Assembly (NCBI GenBank): GCA_020891255.1
Contig: BQFW01000014.1
Coordinates: 1,984,001-2,048,000 of the forward strand
Direction: 5' to 3'
Length of the DNA: 64,000 nt
From: Entomortierella parvispora E1425
Taxonomy: Eukaryota; Fungi; Mortierellomycota
The notes below the pieces were generated by a model. The model was given only the letters and a program-made list of their open reading frames with translations, made no database searches and had not been told where the DNA came from. Positions 36,785 to 47,995 of this stretch are shown here, piece after piece; the first letter of the stretch is position 1, and each line of letters starts with the position of its first letter. Made by a program: the position numbers and the translations under genes.

Positions 36785-38108
36785 AACTGGGGTCCGGACC
36801 GACCCTAGTTGCCGGAGGCTTTTCCCGAATCAGGGGATTCACCCGCGGTTACTTGATTAATTCCTCGACTGCCGTTGCCGTACTTAGGGCAATTGGGACT
36901 GATGTGACCCAATTCGCGGCAGCGGAAGCAGCCACCGTTACGTACAAGGTACTCTCGGTCAGCGGCGGTCAGGGGTGCGGGGCGATCTCGAGAAGGGTTG
37001 TTAGTACCGTTGGTGGGGCGGCTCTGTAAGGAGCGGTGAAGGGTGCCGAGTTGCTTGTGGATATTGTTGAGTTGGATATGAATATTGTCCACTTCCATTG
37101 CGTTGGGGTCGGTGATACCAGCAGAGGATCTCGAGGCAGCCAGTGCTTTGGCACCGAGTGATGGGTCTCCAGTGTGGAAGATACGACCGAACTCCTCCGC
37201 GGCCTTGAAGAGTCTGGGCAGATCTATGGTGTCGTTGCCTGCATTAACAATGGCCACTTCCAGCATCTGGCGAAGCTGAGTAGGTGCACCACTGAGAAAG
37301 GCAGTACGGATAGTATCGTTGAGAACTGTGTTGTCGACGTAGTAAGACTGGAGGAGTAGGTGGTATTCACGGGCTTTGGTAATATAGGCGATACCGGACA
37401 ATCCACGCCTTAATTCCTTCTTGCACGCTGTGGAAGGCGAGATTTAGGGCTTTTTAGGGTTTGTTTTTATATCCCCTCCTCTCCCCTCTTTTGCACCGGC
37501 TGAAAGCCTTTCAAACCCTCTGGGTGACGTAATTAAGGCGTGGATTGTCCTGGAGCCAATATAGGCCATGACGTTGGAGATGTTCAGTGGTAGTGTCATT
37601 TTCATTTGCATTGTGAGGGCGAGAATGTGCTCCTTAAACTTCGCAGGGCTGAACTCGGCGGCAAGGAGCTCGCTGAAATCCGGGAATGAGGTGTCGGATG
37701 GCTTGTTTAAGAGTGCCCACCAGCCGATAACCTCATCGCCGGCAAAGGCAAGGGTAACCCCGACCTTGCGAGATTCGGCAATTCCGGCGCCATCGAAGAA
37801 AAAGGTCATGCGTTTCAGAAAACCGAGAACAGAGAATCCGTCGCTCTTGCCGTTGAACGGTGTTGGATGAGGGAATTTGAATGACGGTGTCGCGGGGTCC
37901 ATGTTGGGTGAATTGTCGAGGGAGAGTTGATCGAAGAGGGATACGAGGGGGTCCAGGGTGTAAGTGTGTCGGAGGGTCAGTGGGTCAGTGAGGTCAGTGG
38001 ATCGAAAACCTTTGCTACCATGCAATAGGAGTATCGAGGGTGGAGTGGAGACAAGAAGTGAGTTTTATTATATTGCAAGTTTCTAGCTTTTGTAGGTACA
38101 CATCGCGT
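36785..38108 (-). mobile_element. Family A 5' fragment (partial LTR, PBS, gag)
   Basis: Near-identical to the A1 gag. The LTR is cut at GCGT by D, and the fragment ends at AACTG next to a B LTR. Confidence 0.92.
37390..37557. mobile_element. 168-bp Mutator-like MITE inserted in A gag
   Basis: 9-bp TSD AATATAGGC (37381-37389, 37558-37566) and a perfect 20-bp subterminal IR GGACAATCCACGCCTTAATT (37396-37415 / 37531-37550). Confidence 0.8.
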
Positions 38109-39146
38109 TGTGATGTTGTCTAAAGTAAGTATAGTCTAACGTCAGCAAAGGCTGGAGGTGAAAATGATAACGAAAAGAATAATAACGAACAAAGCTCGCT
38201 GCTTACATATGATAGGGACTTTGCTCTCTGTGCCACAAGGATCAAGCACAGCACTGCTATATGATCAGATACAATCTCGAGAGAATGAACTGGATAGACA
38301 GGAGGAGGAGAATGAGCAACAGGATCACGATATAAGCAGGAACGAAACTGAAAGGAGACTAATAAGGACATACCAATGAGCTAAGCACGTCCTAATGGTA
38401 ACCAAACAGGAGAATAAACAACTACGGAGGCGAACACTAGGTACTATACTAACTAATAACAACAACAAGGGAGGATTGAAGGGATCTAATCAGTAAGAGC
38501 ACGGCCAGAAATGTTCTATCCAGGGAAAGGGGACAAGGCCGCCTAACTGAGGGTTCAGGAGGGACTCGAGGGAAGGCGACGAGAAGATAAGGGAGGTTCC
38601 CAAGCACCAGTTAAGGCCTCAGGATGCCCAAGCGCCAGTTAAGGCCTCAGGATGGGATGCCAAGATCGTACAAGTCCACTCAAAAGAGACAAGACATTGT
38701 TGGTACCTCGTAAGTGAGCAAGGACTCGGAGAACGGGTTGGCCGAGGTTCTTGACGGGACTTGTCGAGGACAGGGAAGATCGTAACTTGTGAGTGTACAA
38801 GGTCGATCAACAGAACGCAATAGGTCTGTGATATCCAAAGGTAAGGGGGGGAGGAGGTTTAGACTAGCTACTAATAGTCTCAGCAATCGGAATTAAGGCG
38901 TCGAGCTTGCTGCTGCTGCAAAGGGGATATCGGGCAGGAAGGGGGGGATGTATGTTTGTGTTCTGAAGGGTTCAACAAAAGTGTACTGGCAGGAATCGTA
39001 AAGGAAAAAGGCAACCAGGAGCAAAATGGATTTTGCTCCCTTCTTTATAGAAAAAAAACTGAAACTAAACAAAATAATAAATGCTACTGAAAATGTATCT
39101 CTACTCCGATGGATGTGGACCGGGACTCCACATCTACTACACCACA
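38109..39146 (-). mobile_element. Family D 3' LTR (1038 bp)
   Basis: It follows the D integrase stop on the minus strand. The outer flank GCGT lies inside an A LTR. Confidence 0.92.
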
Positions 39147-39229
39147 CCGATCCCAGGGTCTCTTTCTCACATCCTCCTATGTGAGAGCAAGCCAGTGAGT
39201 GTCTCTGGTGGGCTGATCCCCATATCCTA

Positions 39230-40918
39230 CTAGGTCGTTCGTTTATACGGTCTAAGGCGACTGTGGTTAACGGGTCGACCTCCATAATATCGATGCCATT
39301 GTCCATCGATCTTTTCACTCAATCGATAGGCTCCTCCGGGCAAAGCTTCAACAATAACGTAAGGTCCCTTCCATCTGGGTGAGAGCTTACCGCTCCACTG
39401 CTTGAGAAGCGCGGATTGATGTACTAATACCTCATCTCCAACTTCGTACTGTCGAGGGGGAGGGAGGTCGGCTGCATCGGTGGACCATTTGTGCTCATTT
39501 ATGATCCTTTGATGAACCTCCGCGCGTAAAACTCCCAAGATTTCCCGTCTCTCCTCATCCACCTCTTCACGTTCTTCCAAGTCCATGTTGTGGTTAAGAT
39601 CGATATCCCAGGGAAGGCGGGCTCGTTGCCCAAAAAGGATCTCGAACGGTGAAACCCCCCGGGTCTGTTTGATCTGGGTCCTCCAAGTCCAGGTAACACG
39701 ATCCAGAATGGTAGCCCACGCATTCTCTGGTAATCCATCGTGCTGGATGATACGGGCCATTTGACGCACCATGAAACCATTATACCGCTCTACCATTCCG
39801 TTGGTCTGTGCATGATATGCAGAGGCTGGATCCAGATCGATCATATGCTTGATGCACCATGCTTTGAAGACTCCTGCGGACAACGATGATCCATTATCCG
39901 TGATGATACGTTTAGGATGGCCGTATTGCATCGCCCAATGTTTTTCAACTGTTCGCAAGACTAGGTTTCCAGACAAGGATGACAATGCAACGGACACAAC
40001 CCATCCGGAGAGATAATCCACCATGTTCAAAACGAATCTTTTTCCATTGGACATTGGCAAAGGTCCGACGGCATCTAGTCCCACAGTCTCAAAGATAGTT
40101 CGAGGCGGAGGTATGCGATGGAAACGATATCGGGTGGGGTCTCGTGCCTGATACCGTTGACATGCATCACAGCTGGATAAGTGTTCCTTAACGTCCTTGT
40201 ACATCCCAGGCCAGAAGTATCCCTCGGCGATGAGAGTATAGGTCGAAACTACGCCCAGATGCCCGACGATGGTGGATCCATGAGCGCGTTCTAACACCCT
40301 AGATACTTCTCCAGGCGGCACGTATTGGCGAGGCATCCCGCCAGGCGTGCGCTTGAATAGACGACCTTGAGCAACAAAATACTTGGGCAGCATGCTCATA
40401 ATTTTGCCCCTTGAATTTTTGTCCAAATAGGTCAAAGGATCTCCTTGTAACGCAGCCACAATTGAGACGAATGGCTCTTGGTCCTCCGAGATGAGCAAAG
40501 TGCTCATCAACCTCTTGTTTTCTTGTATCTCAATGGCTTCCTCCACCCCAAGGTCCGGTAGATCCTCCCCAGTGACATTCTTGTGATGGATGCGAGATAA
40601 AGGATCGGAGTCTTTCATGTCCCGCCCGGGTCGATGGTGAATGGTAACCCGGTATTGGTCGATGATTAATGTCCACCGAGTGAGTCGCGCACTCCTCGAA
40701 GAAAGGTTATGCATGTATAACAACGCCCGATGGTCGATGAAGACATGAATCTCCTTCCCTTCTAACAGATGACTGTGCTTGACGAGGCAATACACTAGTC
40801 CTAGCAATTCGCGCTCCGTGGCAAAATAACGAGACTCAGCCCCCGATAATTTCCGGCTTCCAAAAACAATGGGCTGATATTTGACGTTGATATCGATCCG
40901 ATCGTCATCTTCTGGGTT
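39230..40918 (-). CDS. pol: Family D Pol, 3' half (RNase H and integrase, no chromodomain)
   Basis: FGSRKLSGAESRYFATERELLGL, HIx3GHLG...C..CQ zinc finger (AHGSTIVGHLG...CDACQ), GLDAVGP, ITDNG, ERYN, WKGPY. In frame with 29472-30967 across TSD GTCTG. Confidence 0.9.
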   Translation of the reverse strand, partial: NPEDDDRIDINVKYQPIVFGSRKLSGAESRYFATERELLGLVYCLVKHSHLLEGKEIHVFIDHRALLYMHNLSSRSARLTRWTLIIDQYRVTIHHRPGRDMKDSDPLSRIHHKNVTGEDLPDLGVEEAIEIQENKRLMSTLLISEDQEPFVSIVAALQGDPLTYLDKNSRGKIMSMLPKYFVAQGRLFKRTPGGMPRQYVPPGEVSRVLERAHGSTIVGHLGVVSTYTLIAEGYFWPGMYKDVKEHLSSCDACQRYQARDPTRYRFHRIPPPRTIFETVGLDAVGPLPMSNGKRFVLNMVDYLSGWVVSVALSSLSGNLVLRTVEKHWAMQYGHPKRIITDNGSSLSAGVFKAWCIKHMIDLDPASAYHAQTNGMVERYNGFMVRQMARIIQHDGLPENAWATILDRVTWTWRTQIKQTRGVSPFEILFGQRARLPWDIDLNHNMDLEEREEVDEERREILGVLRAEVHQRIINEHKWSTDAADLPPPRQYEVGDEVLVHQSALLKQWSGKLSPRWKGPYVIVEALPGGAYRLSEKIDGQWHRYYGGRPVNHSRLRPYKRTT

Positions 40919-40923
40919 CAGAC

Positions 40924-43900
40924 TGTCGCATAATTTGGTGGCGCAGCGGCAAATGATGCTGCTGGCAGCAAGGCACAGTCACGGAGGCAACGGTCAGGAT
41001 AATATCCTGACCGGTTCAATAAAACAGAGATCCCTCTCTTATTCTCACTGACTCCGTGTGCCATATACTTTTCATTTTTTTCAGTGAAGAGAAGAAGATC
41101 TCGCAGGATCAGGAACATAACCGACATTCACAACCGGCATTCACCTCCATTCAACCGCACTCGTCAGCACTCGACCGATCAACAGCATTTCTTCACTGTC
41201 TGCGACGACATTCACCAGCATTGACCTGCATCTCACATTCCGCAAGTTAATTCCACTCGATTTAACTGAGATCAACTTTGGAACGCCAATTCACCCGTCA
41301 ATCCGACCCATCCATCTAAACGGAACACAGCATCGCTTTCAGGACCCTTGAAAGTTACCAAAACACCACTTACTGCACGCAAGCCACCGCTCATGGACTT
41401 TGGTGAACTTTTCGACATTCAGTTCATTCCGGCATTAACTCAATTCAGCTGGGAAAAATTTTTCGCGACATGGGCAAAGTGAATCTCAACAACAACAAAC
41501 CAATTCGGAGCAGAGTCGCTGCAGTTGTTATACCTGTTGCACAAGCCGCCAACGCGCGCGCCACTGCCTCCAACTCTGGAGAACCCACCAACAATGGCGG
41601 AGACTTGGCCACTGTAGCCACACACGAAGGATCCATCACAGAAGAGATGGATGTGGACGAGGAAACCATTCCATCCACCAGCTCTGGCACCAGAAGTGGA
41701 CTGACGTTTGAAGGACTACCACCGTCACAGTTGCCATCTATTCCAAGAAAGGATAGTCCTACATCGGTCGTATCAATCACCAGAGCCTTGGCGGTACCTA
41801 CCCATACTGCCCTGCCTGACATAACAGATGCGGAAATAGAGGCAGACATTGCGGCAACGTACGCACAGATGGAAGCTACTCGGCTCACCAATGTAAGACT
41901 CCTTTTACATATCTCACGTAACAAAAGAGTCACCCATGCCGGTACAGCTCCCATGGACCTCACACCGGAAACAGACAAGATGGAGGAAGAACATAAGCGC
42001 AACGAGGACTTCCTCAGCAGTATGGAGCAAACATACAATGCTCTTCACGCAGCTCGCCGCCCTGTACCAGCACAATGGGCATATCCAAATCAGTCCACCG
42101 TAGACCGTTATCAAGAGCAGGATCGAAGCGCAAGCAACCATGCTCCACAAGCGCGATCTGAGGCAGGATTTCCTGTCAAGCCTCTATCCACATGGCTTCG
42201 ATTCGGATCATCAGGATCCCTATCGGCATACGACTGGTGGGCGCACTTCGAACGAGAAATCGCGCCGTATGTGGGGGAGCAAATCATAGGAAGTCATGGA
42301 GACAAATACCTCCTGTACCTGGTCCACAACGACCACTTTCATGCCAATCTGAAAGAGAAGTTCAAGGCACCCAAGGAGGTGCTGACAGTGGACTATCTCG
42401 AGAGGACGTTCTTCGAGACATGTTTAACAATCGAAGAGCGAGAAAACGCTGTTACCACGCTCACCAAATTTGGACGACTCGCAGGAGAGCCATATAGTCA
42501 CTACGCTCATCGGATCGCAAGAGCTACAAAGCTATTCCGAGTACAAGACAACAACGATGTGGTTTTGACTCTGCTCCGACAAGGACTTGCATCATCTGAA
42601 ATGGACACAGTCAACACGCGATTCCAATCGCAATACGTACTGGACAACCCACAAGCAACATCAGTGCCAGACACTCCAATTGCTATCGCTGATTTTTGTA
42701 TCGCACTGGGCAAGCTAACAGGACCAGCTGGAGCTCGCGAAAACTTTAGCGCTCCAGTAATGCCCACCACCAACTCTCACGCCGCCAAGGCTGAGTCGAA
42801 GCAGATGTGGTGTGATAAATGTAACAAGAACGGCAACCATGTTTCCAAGGACCATATCAGCTGCGACTACTGCAACAAGCTAGGCCATAAGAAGGACGCC
42901 TGCCGTGCGCGCCAGAACGACGAACGACGACGCAATGAACACTCGGAGCGTAGCTCACACAACTCAGACGATCGACAAGACCGTTCCCACCGCGGATCAA
43001 GCCGCTTCGGGCCATATCAAGCTGACAATCGCCAGCGCAGAGACAACAGGGATAGCCACAACTCTCGTGAGCGCAATTACAGTAAGGACCCTCTTCATAT
43101 ACTACGCTCTCGTAAAAATGTGTGGCAAACATACCACGATCTTGATATCAACTTCAACGCACTCACTCTTGCGTCCTACTCCTCTCAGACTAGAGACATG
43201 TCGCCAGTGTCAGATAAAGAATTCATAGAGTCTGTTCACTCCACAGATTCAGTCCTGGCACATGCGGGGGAGGGAAAGTAGAATGTCACAAGACATACCA
43301 CAGGAACACATGACAATAAATGATGAGCAATCACACATGTTTGAAACACTTATATACAATGAAATGGGTGACCAGAACGACAATGACAAGAGACTTGTAG
43401 TACCGATCTACTTCGAAGGCCTTCAATTTGAAGCACTAATTGATTCTGGAGCCACGAAGTCATTCATAGACAAGTCATTAGTAGAAGCTCTGAAAATTGA
43501 GGTCAGCAAAGCACGGGGAAACATCTTCCTCGGGCACAAGAAAATGCATGTAGCAAGAACAGGAGTAACAGAACATATAGAAGTAGAATGCAATGAACAT
43601 TCGCTTCTCGCCTCATTTGAACTGTTTGACCTACAATACCCATTTGTCATTGGCATGGACCTATTTAACAAACTAGGGTTCTCAATCGGAGGCATTGCAG
43701 ACGGACGAGCAAACGCACAGACTCTGCCAACGCCAACACCAGATGAAAAGCCATCCGTGTTACCATTGGAAACACCAATCGAAGAACTTACTGACAAGTT
43801 CAAGAAACTCAAAGCACAATTCATGAGAGATGCACGTGTTCTTGGATGTTCCTGAGGGCACGACTATTTATCGCAGACCAAGGACGTTTGCTGAACAGCA

Positions 43901-45670
43901 ACAGCATATTTTCGACGAACAAGTTGACAAATGGCTTAAAGATGGAGTTATCACACTTGCTCCGGCCAACAATCGGCACAATAACATGCTAACTCTCGCG
44001 GCCAAGAAAGATCTCCTCGGCAATAAAACGAAATGGCGGGTTTGCCTAGACCCACGTCCTCTGAACAAATTATTAAAGGATGACAACCATCCAGTACCAT
44101 TAATATCGGACATCTTACAACAGATAGGTGGCCACATGATTTATACAACGCTCGATTTGACACAAGCATATCACCGGTTACCTATCGAGGCAGGACATCA
44201 ACCACTCACTGCATTCATGCACCGAGGAACTCAATACATGTTCCGACGAGCTCCATTCGGACTTAAGCCACTGTCAAGCATATTCCAACGCGGAATGACA
44301 CGCATCTTGCGAGACTTGCCCTTTGTTCTGGTGTTCATTGAAGACATCGTTATTTTTTATTATCAACCCAGAAAAATCACACTTCTTCTCAACACAGATT
44401 GTACTCCTCGGCTTTGTTATCGACTTGGCTGGAAAACGAGGGGTTCCACCATCCACAGGCACTCAAATTCAGTCCTACAGGGGCACATTTAATTTCTTCC
44501 GAGAATTCATCCCGCTGTTCAGTACATTGGCAGCGCCACTGGATAAGCTGCTGAGGTGCTTTCAATACATTCAAGCAATTGCTAAGCCATGCACCAATCT
44601 TGCACTTCGCTGACTTCGGTCTGCCGTTCTATGTCGCCACTGACGCATCCAACGTAGGCATTGCATCGGTCCTTTACCAGAAAGTCAGGAATGAATCCAA
44701 AAAAAAATGGGAGAACAGATACGTAATAAACTTGGGCTAAGTTTATCTGGGACGGGTGGAGAGGAAGAGGTCAGGTCAGGGGAAACAGGGTCAGGATGAT
44801 CGTATTCTGGTGAGTAATTAACTGATGTTTATTCAAGGTAACGCTCAATCTTTTATACTTGTACACAAAGACTCTTCTAGAAGTCCTTAGTAATCCTAGG
44901 TGCCGGTTCTGTAGCTATGGAGAGATCTAGAACCATCGCGTCCTATCCAGAGAGGGCTAGCGTGATGTGACCATCTCTGTGACAAGATACATATCCTTCA
45001 TGGCACGCTCTCTACAAGACAGAGAACGACGGTATTCAGCACTCACGAAATTCCACTACTACCTCTGGGGAAGACACTTTACACTGTATACAGATCACCG
45101 AGCACTTACGTTCATTCACTCGCAGAAAGAGTTAAACTCCATGCTCACTGGCTGGCATGAAATAATCCTGAGTTATGACTTTACGGTCGAATACCGACCT
45201 GGAGTGATGAATGTGTTGCCAGATCACTTGTCTAGACTGTTCCCAGCCTCCATACAGACTCGCTACGACTCCAACCATGGGCACATAGTCAACAATGTTA
45301 GAAGTCGTTCATGGCAAAAAGAGGCAAGATGACATATTGTACAAAACTCACGCCCTCGGCCACCTTGGGCGGAACAATACACATGGCCTCACCTCTCAGA
45401 TGACTGCTTGAATTGGGTTAAGAAATGCTCGGAATGTCAGAAGTACAATATTAGTATCAAAGGCTATCATCCATTAAAAGCTATCCACGCAAACCTGCCA
45501 GGAGATCATATGGCTATGGATTTAGCGGGACCGTTCAAACTCTCAAAGAAAGGCAATGAAATCCTTCTTATCGTAGTCGACGTATGCACACGCTTCGTCT
45601 TCTTAAGAGCGCTCCCTGATAAACAAGCAAACACTGTCGCTAAAGCCCTGTTTGATATATTTTGTACCGT
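40924..45670 (+). mobile_element. Family B copy B2, 3'-truncated and heavily deleted in pol
   Basis: LTR 40924-41074, intact 603-aa gag 41470-43281 (CDYCNKLGHKKDAC), G GGA AAG slip site, protease, fragmented RT/RH. Cut in integrase by LTR-E. Confidence 0.92.
44722..44984 (-). mobile_element. Solo LTR of another family (263 bp)
   Basis: CGTAATA...TGTGACA on + (one terminal base changed), TSD AGATA at 44717-44721 and 44985-44989. TATAAAA and AATAAA on the minus strand. Confidence 0.75.
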
Positions 45671-46177
45671 TGTGGTGTTGCTACAATGGGTTGGGGATCG
45701 GTCGTAGCTCAAGGAGAGAGGGGCTGGTCACAAGTGATCAAGGGAAAGGGGATTGCTTGCGAGGGGGAGGATAGACGTTGCAGGATCTCACTGTCTAAAC
45801 TGTGTGAACCAAGTATCAATAAAGATCTCAGTCGGGTGGAAGCTCAAGACTTGTACGAAGGCAAGCTTGATCGGCAGAACAGGGTCTGTGATATCCAAAG
45901 GTAAAGGGGGGGGAGGAGGTTAGACTAGCTACTAATAGTCTCAGCAATCGGAATTAAGGCGTCGATCTTGCTGCTGCTGCAAAGGGGATATCGGGCAGGA
46001 AGTGGGGGGGGGGATGTGTATGTGTTCTGTAACGATCAAACAAAAGCAAACGAAAAAGTAGGGAAGGAAGCGACCCAGAGCAATTACTGCTCTGAACACG
46101 AAATTATATTAACGCAATCTTTTAAGGGTATCTAAACTGACTTCTACAAATGTGTGATCCGTATCTACTACACCACA
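45671..46177 (-). mobile_element. LTR family E (507 bp), related to D
   Basis: TGTGGTGT...ACACCACA, near-identical to 62548-63054. The flanks CCGT and GCGG do not match. Confidence 0.85.
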
Positions 46178-46802
46178 GCGGAAATGTATTAGCGACTATT
46201 GGAAGGCTTATGATCAGAGTCAACCAGCTAAACAGGACCCCACGCAGCCTTGTCGGCAGGCGAAGAGTCAAGCGCAGACAGTTGGAAAGCGACAAGAATC
46301 AACTCAGCAGTATATAAACCAGGATCAGACAATCATGGTGAAGAAGAACGATACTACCAGTAAGGTGTTGGATCGGAGGAGGTCAAAAAGAGGACAGCCT
46401 TTGGAGCAAGAGTTAATACCGCTTGCTTCGTCCAGGTCTGCAAGAAAGAGGCAGACAATTAGTGGCGACCAGGACAGCAGCGACAGGACTGTTCGAGCGA
46501 TCAAACGCAGCCGCCGTTAATCACCATACTCAACGAGAATTTGGGCGAAGTGTTGGAGCGATGCATTGATGGTTTTTTTATCCCAATGGGTTTTTACATC
46601 AATCAGGTTTGGTATATACCTGTAGGGCATCAAAGAAGAAAGTCATGGGAGGATGTTGACCTCAAAACAAGATGTCATCTTGTATGAATCAGGAGCAGAT
46701 ACGATATGCAAAGAAGCCCGGCTTTCAGCCTCTTCTATGGGAGAGAGCTGTGGCATATCGTGGGCCTTGAAGTGTATTAATAGGGATGTTTATTTTAGTA
46801 AC

Positions 46803-47576
46803 CTAGTTTAGTAGCAAGCCACCCTCGCACTCCCTTATCAAAGGAGTGCAAGGGCAGAACATAAAGATCCTTCTTCTTGTCTCAATAGTCATATTGTAAG
46901 TGAGAGCCCAAAATATCCCAGCACGAACGATTTCCATGGCGTCAGTGCTGGCTTGAAAGTTCAGCTTCAGTTCCGGCTCATCGTCGATGTTTATCGGGAT
47001 CACTCTGGAGAAGTCGATCTTCTCACTGTCCTTAAATACAGGAACGGCCTTTTCTTTCAAGCGCCTGATGTCAATATGATACAGGTTGGAGTTGTTGAAG
47101 GGAATGGCGTAGGCCCCGGTGGTTTCGACTGATGGAGTCGTAGTAGTTGGTGTAGGTGTAGACATGGGCGTCTCGCTTCGACCTCTCCAACTCATGTCCA
47201 CTGGCTCTCGAGGACAAAACTCCTTCCAATGATGGTATGCCGGGTCCAAGTCTCGGTTCACCGTATTAATCTTGCGGAATGTGGCATCGATCTGAGCGTT
47301 ATGGTTGCTGAGGATCTTGTCTCTTTCCTCAGGGTCCACGTTTGCGTCCTGGTCGAGCTCTTTGGTCGCCTTTCGAAGGGCTTCCTTTTGCTTCACGAAC
47401 TTCAGCAGTAACTCGGTCCGCTCGATTGTGACTTTGTCCAGTTCTTTCTTCATCACATCAGCCATAGAAATAGCTTCTGTTGGGATAGGAACGGCATCGT
47501 CACACTCTTGCATTGGGACGTCTTCGGACAGAGGCGCTGGAGGGCGCTCTGGACTTGCATTGACCTCGGCACTCAT
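46803..47576 (-). CDS. Orphan coiled-coil ORF, possibly the gag of a degenerate additional element
   Basis: 257-aa ORF. The upstream sequence (minus strand, about 47765-47786) TGTTCAGAGGTTGATCCACTG resembles the family A iMet PBS, and downstream frames are degenerate. Confidence 0.4.
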   Translation of the reverse strand: MSAEVNASPERPPAPLSEDVPMQECDDAVPIPTEAISMADVMKKELDKVTIERTELLLKFVKQKEALRKATKELDQDANVDPEERDKILSNHNAQIDATFRKINTVNRDLDPAYHHWKEFCPREPVDMSWRGRSETPMSTPTPTTTTPSVETTGAYAIPFNNSNLYHIDIRRLKEKAVPVFKDSEKIDFSRVIPINIDDEPELKLNFQASTDAMEIVRAGIFWALTYNMTIETRRRIFMFCPCTPLIRECEGGLLLN

Positions 47577-47995
47577 AAGGTAACGCTATTGATGCGAATG
47601 AATATACAAAAGAAGCGTTACGCTATGTCTCTTGAATACAGATAGTGAACGCTAACCAGTCAATCGAGTTGGTGGTTTAGACGTAAACAATAATATTTTG
47701 TTTTGGGACTCAGCCAACAAAAACAAAATCAGTGATATGGACGACAACAGTTGCTGGACTCACTGCAGTGGATCAACCTCTGAACAATGGGTCTACAGTA
47801 ACAATGGTGTTCGAAGGATATGTGGAGCACAAAGGAATGATCTAAGAAAAGGGGCACGTAGGACAAGCCGCTGTGTTCTTTCCGATCAACCTGCGCGGGT
47901 GGATACGACTGAGACGAGATCCCAATTACTGTACACTACACAACAGAGAGGATGATCGATTCTCAAAGGATGCATGATCAACCGGACTGATGGAT

